Shown: positions 39,899 through 49,900 of the stretch, piece by piece
Layout of the letters: every line of letters starts with the position of its first letter
Numbering within the stretch: position 1 is the stretch's first letter
Assembly (NCBI GenBank): GCA_036499485.1
Contig: DASYDQ010000032.1
Location: 17,576 to 81,575, forward strand
Source: Pseudolysinimonas sp.
Lineage (GTDB): Bacteria > Actinomycetota > Actinomycetes > Actinomycetales > Microbacteriaceae
Direction: 5' to 3'
DNA: 64,000 nucleotides
Notes under the pieces: generated by a model
What the model was told of the DNA's origin: nothing
Database searches by the model: none
The model's input: only the letters and a program-made list of their open reading frames with translations
Position numbers and translations under genes: made by a program

Positions 39899-41098
39899 GT
39901 GAGCCCTCTCTCCCGTCGCCTCGTCGCGGCCTTCGCCACCTCGGCGATCGTCGCGGCCGCCACCTACCTCGTCACCACGCTGCTCTACTTCGCCGCGAGC
40001 GGGAGCACCGCCGCCGCGCTCGCGCAGATCCTGCTCTACTTCGCGTTGCCGGCGGTGACCCTGTTCGTGCTGCTCGGGGTGGTGCTGCTGCTCGAACGCG
40101 CTCGCCGCATCTGGCTCCTGGTGATCCTGACGCTGGTGGCCGTGCTGCTCGCGGTGTGGGTCGGCGTCTTGCTGACGCTCCTGGTCGAGGGCAACCCGGT
40201 CTCCGGCGCCTTGCTCGCCTACGTGATCGGCGCGGCGCTCGGCTTCGGCCTGATCTTCGAGGTCGTTGCGGTGCTACTGGTCGGGCTCGCGGGCCGCCGG
40301 CTGTTCGGCGCGATCCTGCGGCCGCGCCGCGGGCAGCGCATCGCCATGGTCCGGATGCCGGCGCCCACTCTGGCCGACGGCCAGCTGACCCATCAGAAAC
40401 GCGTCCCGGTGGATGCTGAACTCGCCGTGCGGCAATGGCGTGACTACACCGCGGCGCTGGAGGGTGCCGGTTGGACGGTCGAGCAGGTCGATCCGGCCGA
40501 TGAACTGCCCGACTCGGTCTTCGTCGAGGACCTGGCGGTCGTCATCGACGGCACGGCCGTGCTCGGCTATCCGGGAGCTGAGTCCCGTCGCGGAGAGCTG
40601 GAGGCGGTGCGTGAGGCGCTGCGCGGTCGCGGCTACGACCTGAAGCCGATCACCTGGCCCGGCACCCTGGACGGAGGAGACGTGCTGCAGCTCGGATCCA
40701 CCATCTTCGTCGGGCGCGGCACGCGAACGAACGCCGAGGGCATCCGGCAGCTTCGTGAGATCGCCGCTGCCCTCGGACGCACGGTCGTCGCCGTGCCGCT
40801 GCCCAAGGTGCTGCACCTGAAGACCGCCGTGACCGCGCTGCCCGACGGCACGGTGCTGGGGCTCGCGAAGGGTGCTGGCGCGATTCCGGCCGGCACCTTC
40901 GAACGGTTCCTCGCGGTGCCCGAGCCCGAGGGGGCGCACGTGGTGGTGCTCGCCAGCGACACCGTGATGATCGCGGCATCCGCGCCCGAGACGGCGAAGC
41001 TCATCACCGATCTGGGTTACCGCACGGTCATCGTGGACATCTCGGAGTTCGAGAAGCTCGAGGGATCGGTCACCTGCCTGTCGATCCTGCTGCCGTAG
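39899..41098 (+). CDS. ddaH: Dimethylargininase (DDAH) fused to an N-terminal membrane domain of about 4 TM helices
   Basis: PDSVFVED, LDGGDV, RTN, LHLKT, EFEKLEGSVTCLS; hydrophobic first ~140 aa. Confidence 0.85.
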   Translation: MSPLSRRLVAAFATSAIVAAATYLVTTLLYFAASGSTAAALAQILLYFALPAVTLFVLLGVVLLLERARRIWLLVILTLVAVLLAVWVGVLLTLLVEGNPVSGALLAYVIGAALGFGLIFEVVAVLLVGLAGRRLFGAILRPRRGQRIAMVRMPAPTLADGQLTHQKRVPVDAELAVRQWRDYTAALEGAGWTVEQVDPADELPDSVFVEDLAVVIDGTAVLGYPGAESRRGELEAVREALRGRGYDLKPITWPGTLDGGDVLQLGSTIFVGRGTRTNAEGIRQLREIAAALGRTVVAVPLPKVLHLKTAVTALPDGTVLGLAKGAGAIPAGTFERFLAVPEPEGAHVVVLASDTVMIAASAPETAKLITDLGYRTVIVDISEFEKLEGSVTCLSILLP

Positions 41099-41162
41099 CC
41101 CGCGGTTCAGTAACCGGAGCCCCCATTGCCGGCCGTGCAGACGCGGTGCCATGCTGTGCGGC

Positions 41163-41753
41163 ATGAGCCGCCTGCGTGCCGTCCCCATCGCCACCGTCGT
41201 CGTCGCCGTCGCCCTGCTGCTCGCCGGATGCCACCCCACCTCGGGCCCCTCCGGCTCGCCCACGGCGTCCCCCACGTCGAGCACGAGCGCGACGCCGACC
41301 CCCACCCCGACGCCGACCGCGACGGATACTGCGGACTGCAGCGCGAATCAGCTCCAGATCGTCTACGGCGCGACCGACGGCAGTGCCGGCCATGCGCACG
41401 GTGTGCTCACCTTCGGCAATCTGGGGCAGACGGACTGCATCCTCACCGGGTACTCGACCGTCTCCTTCCAGAACCCCACCACGCTGCAGCCGATGGGTCC
41501 CGCCGCCGTGCACGACCCCTCGGAGTCGGCGGGTCCCGCGGACGCGAGCGTCGACGGCTTCTCGACCGCCGACCTCACCATCACGGATGCGAGCATCGTG
41601 GGGGGCTGCACGATCGTCACCGCCACGGCGCTGCTCGTCACCCCGCCCGGGATGTCGCACCAGTTCGTGGTCCCGGTCGACCCCACCCAGGCCTGCTCGA
41701 ACGACGTCGGGCTGCTGAGTGTGAGCAGCAACTACATTCCCGACGGCAGCTGA
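41163..41753 (+). CDS. DUF4232 lipoprotein
   Basis: LLAGC lipobox, S/T/P linker, CSANQL, FGNLGQTDCILTGY, VTPPG. Confidence 0.8.
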   Translation: MSRLRAVPIATVVVAVALLLAGCHPTSGPSGSPTASPTSSTSATPTPTPTPTATDTADCSANQLQIVYGATDGSAGHAHGVLTFGNLGQTDCILTGYSTVSFQNPTTLQPMGPAAVHDPSESAGPADASVDGFSTADLTITDASIVGGCTIVTATALLVTPPGMSHQFVVPVDPTQACSNDVGLLSVSSNYIPDGS

Positions 41754-41868
41754 CAGCGGATCGGCAAGCTGAGCTTGCTCTGTCGTCGGCCTCGGGCATA
41801 GTCTGGAGGGCTGTCCGGTGCTCACCGGTGGCACGACGACCGGTCGTAGAAACCTCGGGGAGGCTGCC

Positions 41869-41961
41869 ATGAAGACGTACGGAATCACGCGGAAGACCGC
41901 GCAGAAGTCCGCTGCCGTCATCGCCTTCGGCCGCCCGGCCGCCCGAGGCTCGCGACCGTAG
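41869..41961 (+). CDS. 30-aa small ORF, putative leader peptide ([30 protein letters not shown])
   Basis: GGGGAGG RBS 5 nt before ATG; upstream TTGCTC-N18-TAGTCT promoter-like element; precedes ABC exporter genes. Confidence 0.5.
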   Translation: MKTYGITRKTAQKSAAVIAFGRPAARGSRP

Positions 41962-42077
41962 CGGCACAGCCCGCCCGCACTCGGCGGCCGTGGGAGCCAG
42001 CTCCCGGCCGCACCATTCACCCCAGCACCGCCGCCAGGCCGCGCGTCCGCGCGCGTCCGCCCGACTCCGGAAGAGTC

Positions 42078-43910
42078 ATGTCGAACACGCCCTCCACCTC
42101 GTCCGCTGCGACCGACGCCGTCATCGTTCGCGGAACGGCCCGCACCATCCTGCGCATCATGCCCTGGGTGCGCCCTGCCCTGCGCCGCATCATCCTGGGC
42201 ATGGTCGTCGCCCTGCTCGCCGGCCTCGTCTCGCTCGGGATCCCGATCATCCTGCAGAACCTGGTCGACGGCCCGTTGTCGAGCGGCGACGGCGCCCAGA
42301 TCTGGCCCGCCGCCCTCGTCGTGCTGCTCCTGGGCGCGCTCGAGGCCGCCTTCATCGCGGCACGCCGCTGGTTCGTGCTGACGCCAGGCACGCACGTCGA
42401 AGCATCGCTGCGCAACACCCTCTATGCCAAGTTGCAGGATCTCCCGGTCGCCTTCCACGACCGGTGGCAGAGCGGCCAGCTGCTGTCGCGCGTGATGAGC
42501 GATCTCAGCCTGATACGGCGGTGGCTCTCGTTCGGCATCGTGCTGCTGATCGTGAACGTCGTCACGATCCTGGTCGGCTTCGTCGTGCTGTTCTTCTGGA
42601 GCTGGGAGCTCGGCCTGGTGTTCCTGGTCTGCTCGATCCCGCTCTGGATCTACGGCTACGTCTTCGAGCACAAGTATTCGGTCGTCGCCCGCCGCTCGCA
42701 GGACCAGCAGGGCGACCTGGCGACCGCCGTCGAGGAGTCGGTGCACGGCATCCGGGTGCTCAAGGCCTTCGGCCGTGGCCGCTACTCGCTCGAGAAGTTC
42801 AGCCGTCAGGCCGAGGAGCTGCGCGGCACCGAGATCGAGAAGGCGCAGGCGATCGCCGGGATCTGGCTCTGGCTGCTGCTGGTTCCGGATGTCGCGTTCG
42901 CCCTGTGCCTCTTCGGCGGCGTGTGGCTCGCCTCGACCGGGCAGCTCACGGTCGGACAGCTGTTCGCCTTCTTCGCGACCGCCACCGTGCTCCGCTTCCC
43001 GATCGAGTCGATCGGCTTCCTGCTGTCGATGACCTTCGACACCCGCACCGCCATCGATCGGCTCTTCGAGGTGATGGACGAGACCAACACGATCACGGAC
43101 CCCGAGCACCCGAGGACGATCACGCACCCCGAGGGGCGGCTGGTCTTCGATGCGGCGCACTTCAGGTACCAGGATTCGCCCGCCCAGTTCCCCGATCTGC
43201 TCGACGGGATCGACCTGGAGCTTCAGCCCGGCGAGACGATGGCCCTGGTCGGGCTCACCGGGTCCGGCAAGACCACGCTCACGGCGCTCGCGACCCGGCT
43301 CTACGACGTGACCGGCGGGCGGATCCTGCTCGACGGCGTCGACATCCGGGACCTGACCCGTGAGGAGCTACGCCGCCACATCAGCATGGCCTTCGAGGAC
43401 GCCACTCTGTTCTCGGCGTCGGTGCGCGACAACGTGCTGCTCGGCCGGCCCGAACTGACGGGCGGAGGACGTGAAGCCGACGCGGTGCTGGAGGAGGCCC
43501 TCGAGATCGCTCAGGCCGATTTCGTGGCCGAGCTGCCGAACGGCGTCGACACCCGCGTCGGCGAGGAGGGGCTGAGCCTGTCCGGCGGTCAGCGGCAGAG
43601 GCTCGCGCTCGCGCGCGCGGTCGCCGCACGGCCGGCGGTGCTGGTGCTGGATGATCCGCTGTCAGCGCTCGACGTCGACACGGAGGCGCGCGTCGAGGCC
43701 GGGCTGCGTCGCGTGCTCGCCCGCACGACGGCCCTCATCGTGGCGCACCGCCCCTCGACCGTGCAGCTCGCCGATCGCGTCGCCCTGCTCGAGAACGGGC
43801 GGGTGACGGCGGTCGGCAAGCACTCGGAGCTGCTGGCCTCCAACGAGCACTACCGATTCGTCATCTCGTCGCTCGACGACGACATCCAGGAGATCGAGGT
43901 GAACGCATGA
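42078..43910 (+). CDS. ABC exporter, TMD-NBD half transporter
   Basis: Six TM helices; [15 protein letters not shown], degenerate Walker B LDDPLS. Confidence 0.92.
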   Translation: MSNTPSTSSAATDAVIVRGTARTILRIMPWVRPALRRIILGMVVALLAGLVSLGIPIILQNLVDGPLSSGDGAQIWPAALVVLLLGALEAAFIAARRWFVLTPGTHVEASLRNTLYAKLQDLPVAFHDRWQSGQLLSRVMSDLSLIRRWLSFGIVLLIVNVVTILVGFVVLFFWSWELGLVFLVCSIPLWIYGYVFEHKYSVVARRSQDQQGDLATAVEESVHGIRVLKAFGRGRYSLEKFSRQAEELRGTEIEKAQAIAGIWLWLLLVPDVAFALCLFGGVWLASTGQLTVGQLFAFFATATVLRFPIESIGFLLSMTFDTRTAIDRLFEVMDETNTITDPEHPRTITHPEGRLVFDAAHFRYQDSPAQFPDLLDGIDLELQPGETMALVGLTGSGKTTLTALATRLYDVTGGRILLDGVDIRDLTREELRRHISMAFEDATLFSASVRDNVLLGRPELTGGGREADAVLEEALEIAQADFVAELPNGVDTRVGEEGLSLSGGQRQRLALARAVAARPAVLVLDDPLSALDVDTEARVEAGLRRVLARTTALIVAHRPSTVQLADRVALLENGRVTAVGKHSELLASNEHYRFVISSLDDDIQEIEVNA

Positions 43911-45718
43911 GCACCGTCATCGGGGTGGAGGGCGAGGAGCGCTCGGAGTACACGCGCGAGGAGAGTCGCGCCATCCGGGCCCGCTCGCTGCGCCTGCTCG
44001 GCTCGCTGCTGCGCCCCGTGCGCGCACGCGTCGCGGTCTCTCTCGTCGTCATCGTGGCCAGCACCGCCCTGCAGGTCGCTGGCCCGACGCTGATCGCGCT
44101 CGGCATCGACCAGGGCCTGCCCGCGTTGATGAAGCACCAGGACTGGATGCCGATCATCCTGGTCGTCTCGGCCTACCTGGTCTCGGGCATCTTCGGCGCC
44201 GTGCTGATCTCACAGTTCACGGTGCTGTCGGCCCGGATCACGCAAGCCGTGCTGATCGACCTGCGCAAGCGGGTGTTCCTGCACGCCCAGCGGCTGAGCC
44301 TGGAGTTCCACGAGAGCTACACCTCCGGTCGGATCATCGCGCGGCAGACCAGCGACCTCGAGTCGATCCGCGACCTGTTCGACTCAGGGATCACGGGGCT
44401 GGTGCGCGGCATCCTCTACATGGTGTTCATCGCGGTCGCGCTGGTGCTGCTCGACCCGTGGAGCGCTCTGGTGCTCGCGGTGGCGCTCGTGCCGCTGTTC
44501 TTCCTGACCCGCTGGTTCCAGAAGCGCTCGGAGTCGCTGTTCCGCGCCACCCGGGTGTTCTCGGCTCGGCTGATCGTGCACTTCGTCGAGACGATGACCG
44601 GCATCCGCGCGGTGAAGGCCTTCCGCAAAGAGAAGCGCAACGAGAGCGAGTTCGGCGAGATCGTCGAGGACTACCGGGTCGCCAATGCCCGGGTGATCCA
44701 GCTGTTCGGGATCTTCGACCCCGGCCTGATCCTGATCGGCAACGTCACCGTGGCGATCGTGCTGCTCGTCGGCGGGTTCCGCGTGCTGGGAGGCGCGCTG
44801 GAGATCGGTGCGCTGCTCGCCGTCGTGCTCTACACCCGGCGCTTCTTCGACCCGCTGGAGGAGATGGCCGAGTTCTACAACTCCTACCAGGGGGCCGCCG
44901 CGGCGCTCGAGAAGATCTCGGGCGTGCTCGAGGAGGAGCCGAGCGTCGCCGACCCGGCCCAGCCCATCGACCTGTGGCAGGCCCGCGGCGCCGTCGACTT
45001 CGACGACGTGCGCTTCGCCTATCACGAGGACCGGGTCGTGCTGCCCGATTTCGAGCTGCACATCCCGGCCGGGCAGACGGTCGCGCTGGTGGGATCCACC
45101 GGCGCCGGCAAGTCGACGCTCGCGAAGCTCATGGCGCGCTTCTACGACCCGACGGAGGGCGCCGTGCTGCTCGACGGGATCGACCTGCGGCGGCTGCATC
45201 CCAAGGACCTCCGTCGCGCGATCGTGATGGTGACCCAGGAGGCGTACCTGTTCAGCGGCTCGGTGGCCGAGAACATCGCACTCGGCAAGCCCGAGGCGAC
45301 CCTCGACGAGATCCAGGCGGCGGCGCGCGCGGTGGGGGCGGATGCCTTCATCCGTGCGCTGCCCGACGGCTACGACACCGACGTGAACAAGCGCGGCGGC
45401 CGGGTGTCGGCCGGACAGCGGCAGCTGGTCTCGTTCGCGCGCGCGTTCCTCGCCGACCCCGCGGTGCTGATCCTCGACGAGGCGACGGCGTCGCTCGACA
45501 TCCCGAGCGAGCGTCTCGTGCAGGAGGGCCTCACGACCCTGCTGTCTGATCGCACCGCCGTGATCATCGCGCATCGCCTCTCGACGGTGGCCATCGCCGA
45601 TCGCGTGCTCGTCATGGAGCACGGGCGCATCGTGGAGGACGGCACCCCCGCCGACCTCATTGCCGGCACCGGCCGCTTCGCCAAGCTGCACGCCGCTTGG
45701 CGAGACAGCCTCGTTTGA
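43907..45718 (+). CDS. ABC exporter, TMD-NBD half transporter (heterodimer partner)
   Basis: [20 protein letters not shown]; ATGA overlap with the upstream gene. Confidence 0.92.
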   Translation: MSTVIGVEGEERSEYTREESRAIRARSLRLLGSLLRPVRARVAVSLVVIVASTALQVAGPTLIALGIDQGLPALMKHQDWMPIILVVSAYLVSGIFGAVLISQFTVLSARITQAVLIDLRKRVFLHAQRLSLEFHESYTSGRIIARQTSDLESIRDLFDSGITGLVRGILYMVFIAVALVLLDPWSALVLAVALVPLFFLTRWFQKRSESLFRATRVFSARLIVHFVETMTGIRAVKAFRKEKRNESEFGEIVEDYRVANARVIQLFGIFDPGLILIGNVTVAIVLLVGGFRVLGGALEIGALLAVVLYTRRFFDPLEEMAEFYNSYQGAAAALEKISGVLEEEPSVADPAQPIDLWQARGAVDFDDVRFAYHEDRVVLPDFELHIPAGQTVALVGSTGAGKSTLAKLMARFYDPTEGAVLLDGIDLRRLHPKDLRRAIVMVTQEAYLFSGSVAENIALGKPEATLDEIQAAARAVGADAFIRALPDGYDTDVNKRGGRVSAGQRQLVSFARAFLADPAVLILDEATASLDIPSERLVQEGLTTLLSDRTAVIIAHRLSTVAIADRVLVMEHGRIVEDGTPADLIAGTGRFAKLHAAWRDSLV

Positions 45719-45729
45719 GCCTTCTTGTT

Positions 45730-45876
45730 CGCCGCCGCTCCTTCGGCGAACCCGCTCCGCGCGACGTACACGCCGCCGCGCTTCGCTAGCCGCCTGAGCC
45801 GCGCGACCCGCCGGAAGGCGGCGGCGTGTACGTCGCCTTCCGGCGCACGCGCGCCGCAGAAGCGGCGGCGCGCCAA
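45730..45876. repeat. Inverted pair of REP-like repeats (copies C + D), REPIN-like
   Basis: 45730-45787 (+) and 45818-45876 (-) share GCGACGTACACGCCGCCGC and CGCCGCCGCTYCTKCGGCG; located between convergent genes. Confidence 0.78.
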
Positions 45877-45977
45877 TAGGCAGGTGGTGGGGCCCCCGGT
45901 AACCAGCCGGGAAGCCCCACCCGTGTCGTACCGAGCAGACGGGGATCAGGGACCGTCGCTCGCATGCAACGACACGA

Positions 45978-47621
45978 TCAAAGCACCGGTTCCTCCAAGG
46001 AGTCACGGTACTGGCCGGGTGATTGGCGGGTGATCTCCCGCTCAAGCCCCAGCGAGCGTGCGGCGCGGATGGCCTCCTCGCGCGTGGTGACGCCCAGCTT
46101 GCGGTAGAGGCGCCTCAGGTGCGTCTTGACCGTGTTGGGCGAGATGTAGAGCTCGGCTGCGATCGCCGCGACCGTGAGCCCGCGCTGCACCTGCGCGAGC
46201 ACGAGACGCTCCCGGGGGCTCAGGGTTTCGACCTGCCCCTGCGCGTCAGCGGTGCGCTCGAGGATGCGTGTGATCATCAGCTGTGCGTCCGGGCGGTGCC
46301 GGCGCTCACGGGCGCGGGTCGCGATCGTGAAGAGCGACCCGGACGGGATGCGGGTCAGGGGAGCTCGTGCACCGGTGCGCGCCATCGTCACGAGAGCCCG
46401 GTCGGCGTTCACGTCGGACACGACGTAGTTGCCGCGCTCGAGCTCGATGGTCGCCCGGATCAGCTGGATGTCGACCAGGGTGCGACCGCAGTGCGCATCG
46501 CCGAGCGCTTCGCAATCGCGGATCGCCTCATCGGCGCCCACCAGGTCGCCGTGCCGCAGCCTCAGCTGCGCCACCACTCGGGCAGGGCAGAGCGGATGTC
46601 CGTCGTGGGGCTTCAGGGTCTGCAGGATCGCCCACGCCTCGTCGCCCTGGCCGAGCCCGGTGAGGACGGCGGCGCGCATGAGGCCGCCGAAGTCCATGCC
46701 GATGGAGTGCGTGTCCCAGCCGACGTACCCCTGCCCGGCCTGCTTCAGCACGTCGAGGGCCACGACGGGATGCCCCTCGAGGGCACGCAGCTGTGCCGAC
46801 ACGATGTGGACGAACGGCTCCCATTCGTTGCGTCGCCCCGCTTCGATCATGGCGGGCTCGAGCCGTGCGGCGAGTTCCAGGTCGCAGCGCTCGTTCGCGA
46901 CCATCACCTCGGCGGCTAGGGCGGGTGCCCCGAAGCCGGTCTCCAGCAGGTCCGTTCCCTCGGCGAGGTCGCGGGCCTCGGCGACCTGCCGCAGGGCTCG
47001 ATCCAGGTCCCCTTCGGATCCGTCGAGCACCGAGAGCGCTCCGAGGCACTCGATGTGCTCGGCGCGCGTGAGGGAGGCGGCATGCCCGCGGGCGTACTCG
47101 AGGTGCGGCCTGGCGATCGCGAAGAGCGCCTCGTGCAGGTCGATCAGGCCATGCTCGAGACTCCAGCGCGCACCGAGCTCGATGCGCATCGGAACCGCGG
47201 ACCCGAGTCGCGTCTCGATCATGGCCTCGGCCTCGTCCACCTTGACGCGGGCTTGGGCGAGAAGGCCGCAGTTCCGCAATGCGGTGGCGTGGCCGAGGAG
47301 CACCGAGATCACGCAATGCGCGGGCACGTCGGGCGAGCCGGCGATCGCGACCTCAGCGGCCCGGAAGTAGCCGAGCGCGGATTGCCCGCGTGGGGATCCC
47401 TGCGCGCGATAGCTGCCTCCCATGGCGGCGGCGATGCGCGGGTCCGAGTGCCAGACCTCCACCGGCAAGCCGGCCACCAGCTCGCGGAAGGCGATCCCGT
47501 GCTCCTCGGACATCACGCGAGCCTGCGGATGGATCGCCTCGCGGACGCTCTCGGCGTCCCCTCTTTCGACGGCGTCCGCGATCGACCTCTTGAAGGTCTC
47601 GAAGTCGGAAGCTACGTGCAC
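45978..47621 (-). CDS. MalT-like TPR + LuxR HTH transcriptional regulator lacking the N-terminal NTPase domain
   Basis: LSPRERLVL...IAAELYISPNTVKTHLRRLYRKLGV; helical body; no Walker A; AGGAG RBS before GTG. Confidence 0.85.
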   Translation of the reverse strand: MHVASDFETFKRSIADAVERGDAESVREAIHPQARVMSEEHGIAFRELVAGLPVEVWHSDPRIAAAMGGSYRAQGSPRGQSALGYFRAAEVAIAGSPDVPAHCVISVLLGHATALRNCGLLAQARVKVDEAEAMIETRLGSAVPMRIELGARWSLEHGLIDLHEALFAIARPHLEYARGHAASLTRAEHIECLGALSVLDGSEGDLDRALRQVAEARDLAEGTDLLETGFGAPALAAEVMVANERCDLELAARLEPAMIEAGRRNEWEPFVHIVSAQLRALEGHPVVALDVLKQAGQGYVGWDTHSIGMDFGGLMRAAVLTGLGQGDEAWAILQTLKPHDGHPLCPARVVAQLRLRHGDLVGADEAIRDCEALGDAHCGRTLVDIQLIRATIELERGNYVVSDVNADRALVTMARTGARAPLTRIPSGSLFTIATRARERRHRPDAQLMITRILERTADAQGQVETLSPRERLVLAQVQRGLTVAAIAAELYISPNTVKTHLRRLYRKLGVTTREEAIRAARSLGLEREITRQSPGQYRDSLEEPVL

Positions 47622-47922
47622 GGTCTGATCTCCTGGGTATGACCGGGCCCGCGCGGAGGCGATATCTCCCGGTCCGCGACGTCGCGGGTGAATGGGGTGG
47701 TGACGTTCGCTCGGTGATGGCCGTCCCAGGTGACCATCGCCGGGTGAGCGGAACGGGTGATGCTCATGCTACGGGCGGGATCCGTCTCATGTCCACCAAA
47801 AGGAGGACAGACAGACCGCCCAAAACGGGGGACATCGCCGGTGTTCGGGGTACAGCTTGCCAGCACTCAGCAGGGTTCGGAGCCGAGGCGCGCCGAGATC
47901 GGTCCCCGGGTAGGCTCGACGC

Positions 47923-49812
47923 GTGAGCATGCGGGGTGGCGGAGGCGGCGGGGGCCGCGGAGGCGCAGGCCGGGTGAGCAGCGGGGACGTCGCGGCCCAG
48001 AGGGCCGTGAACGCCGAAGCTCCGCGAATACCGCACCTCCTTGGCCGGATCGGCGAGCTGTTCGTCCCGTACCGGCGGCAGCTGATCGTGACCATCGCGC
48101 TGGTGCTGGTCAGCGCGGGGCTGAGCGTCGTGCCGCCCCTGCTGACTCAGAAGGCCTTCGACCAGGGGCTGTTCCCACCGGCCGGGCATCCGGACGTGCC
48201 GGTGCTGTTGACACTGGTCGGGCTGATGGTCCTGATCTGGCTCGCCTCGGCGGGGATCGGCGTCGGACAGACCTATCTGACCGCACGGGTCGGCAACTCC
48301 GTGATGGGTCAGCTGCGCATCCGGCTGTTCTCGCACCTGCAGGCGATGGAGCTCGGGTTCTTCACCCGCACCAAGACCGGCATCATCCAGTCCCGGCTGC
48401 AGAACGACGTCGGCGGCGTCGCGAGCGTTCTGAGCAACACGATCTCGAGCGTGGTCGGCAACACCGTCACGGTCATCGCGGCCTTCGTCGCCATGCTGGT
48501 GCTGAGCTGGCAGATGACGCTGGTCGCGATCATCCTGCTGCCCGCCCTGGTCATCGCCCAGCGCCGCGTCGGCCAGGTGCGCGCGCGCATCGCCGCGAAG
48601 ACGCAGGAGTCGCTGTCGGAGATGACGGCGATCACGCAGGAGACGCTGAGCGTCTCGGGCATCCTGCTGGCCAAGAGCTTCAATCAGCAGAAGTCCGAGA
48701 TCGGCCGCTACTCCGACGAGAACCAGAACCAGATCCGCCTGCAGGTGCAGCAGCAGATGAGCGGCCAGTGGTTCTTCGCCATCGTGAGCGTGTTCCTCTC
48801 GGTGATCCCGGCGGTGATCTACCTGGTCGCCGCCTGGCTGATCTTCCAGAAGGTGGATGTCACGCCCGGAACGATCGTCGCATTCACCACCGTGCAGTCC
48901 CGCCTGCTGTTCCCGCTGATGGGACTGCTCCGCGTCGCGCTCGACCTGCAGACCTCGCAGGCCCTGTTCGCGCGCATCTTCGAGTACCTCGACCTGGTGC
49001 CCCGCGTCGCCGACGCTCCCGATGCCCGTCCGGTCGCCCCCGCCAAGCTCGGCCACGTGCAGTTCGAGAAGGTGGTGTTCCGCTACCCGGACACCGAGCC
49101 CGATTCCACGGCGACCCTCAAGGAGATCAGCTTCGACATCGAGCCCGGCCAGTACGCGGCCTTCGTCGGACCGTCGGGCGCCGGCAAGACGACCGTCTCC
49201 TATCTGGTGCCGCGGTTGTACGACGTCTCGGGGGGCGCCGTGCTGTTCGCGGGCGACGACGTGCGCGAGCTGCAGCAGGAGTCCCTGATCGGCTCGATCG
49301 GCATCGTCAGCCAGGAGACCTATCTCTTCCATGCCACGATCGCCGAGAACCTGCGATACGCGAAACCGGATGCGACCGACGAGGAGCTGATCGCGGCGGC
49401 CAAGTCGGCCAATATCCACGACACCATCGTGTCGTTCCCTGATGCCTACGACACCGTCGTCGGGGAGCGCGGCTACCGGCTCAGCGGCGGCGAGAAGCAG
49501 CGCGTTGCGATCGCCCGCGTACTGCTCAAGGACCCGGCCGTGCTCATCCTCGACGAGGCGACCAGCGCGCTCGACACGGTCTCGGAGCGGATCGTGCAGA
49601 ACGCCCTGGATCAGGCCGCGCGCGGCCGAACCACCATCGCGATCGCCCACCGGCTCTCGACCGTGGTCGCCGCCGACGTCATCTTCGTCGTCGAGGCCGG
49701 GCACATCGTCGAGCACGGAACGCATGCCGAGCTGCTGCGCAACGACGGCGTCTACTCCAAGCTCTTCGCCGAGCAGTTGGCCGCTGCCGAGATTCCGGGG
49801 CTCGAGGTCTGA
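47923..49812 (+). CDS. ABC exporter, TMD-NBD half transporter
   Basis: GPSGAGKT, LSGGEKQ, LDEATSALD; leaderless TAGGCT promoter. Confidence 0.92.
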   Translation: MSMRGGGGGGGRGGAGRVSSGDVAAQRAVNAEAPRIPHLLGRIGELFVPYRRQLIVTIALVLVSAGLSVVPPLLTQKAFDQGLFPPAGHPDVPVLLTLVGLMVLIWLASAGIGVGQTYLTARVGNSVMGQLRIRLFSHLQAMELGFFTRTKTGIIQSRLQNDVGGVASVLSNTISSVVGNTVTVIAAFVAMLVLSWQMTLVAIILLPALVIAQRRVGQVRARIAAKTQESLSEMTAITQETLSVSGILLAKSFNQQKSEIGRYSDENQNQIRLQVQQQMSGQWFFAIVSVFLSVIPAVIYLVAAWLIFQKVDVTPGTIVAFTTVQSRLLFPLMGLLRVALDLQTSQALFARIFEYLDLVPRVADAPDARPVAPAKLGHVQFEKVVFRYPDTEPDSTATLKEISFDIEPGQYAAFVGPSGAGKTTVSYLVPRLYDVSGGAVLFAGDDVRELQQESLIGSIGIVSQETYLFHATIAENLRYAKPDATDEELIAAAKSANIHDTIVSFPDAYDTVVGERGYRLSGGEKQRVAIARVLLKDPAVLILDEATSALDTVSERIVQNALDQAARGRTTIAIAHRLSTVVAADVIFVVEAGHIVEHGTHAELLRNDGVYSKLFAEQLAAAEIPGLEV

Positions 49813-49900
49813 GCCGCCGTCCGACCCGGTGCTAGGACACCGTTCCCGCACTCGTTAGAGTGAGGCATTCCCAGTTCGACCTGTCGCGTGGAGGCCCAGG

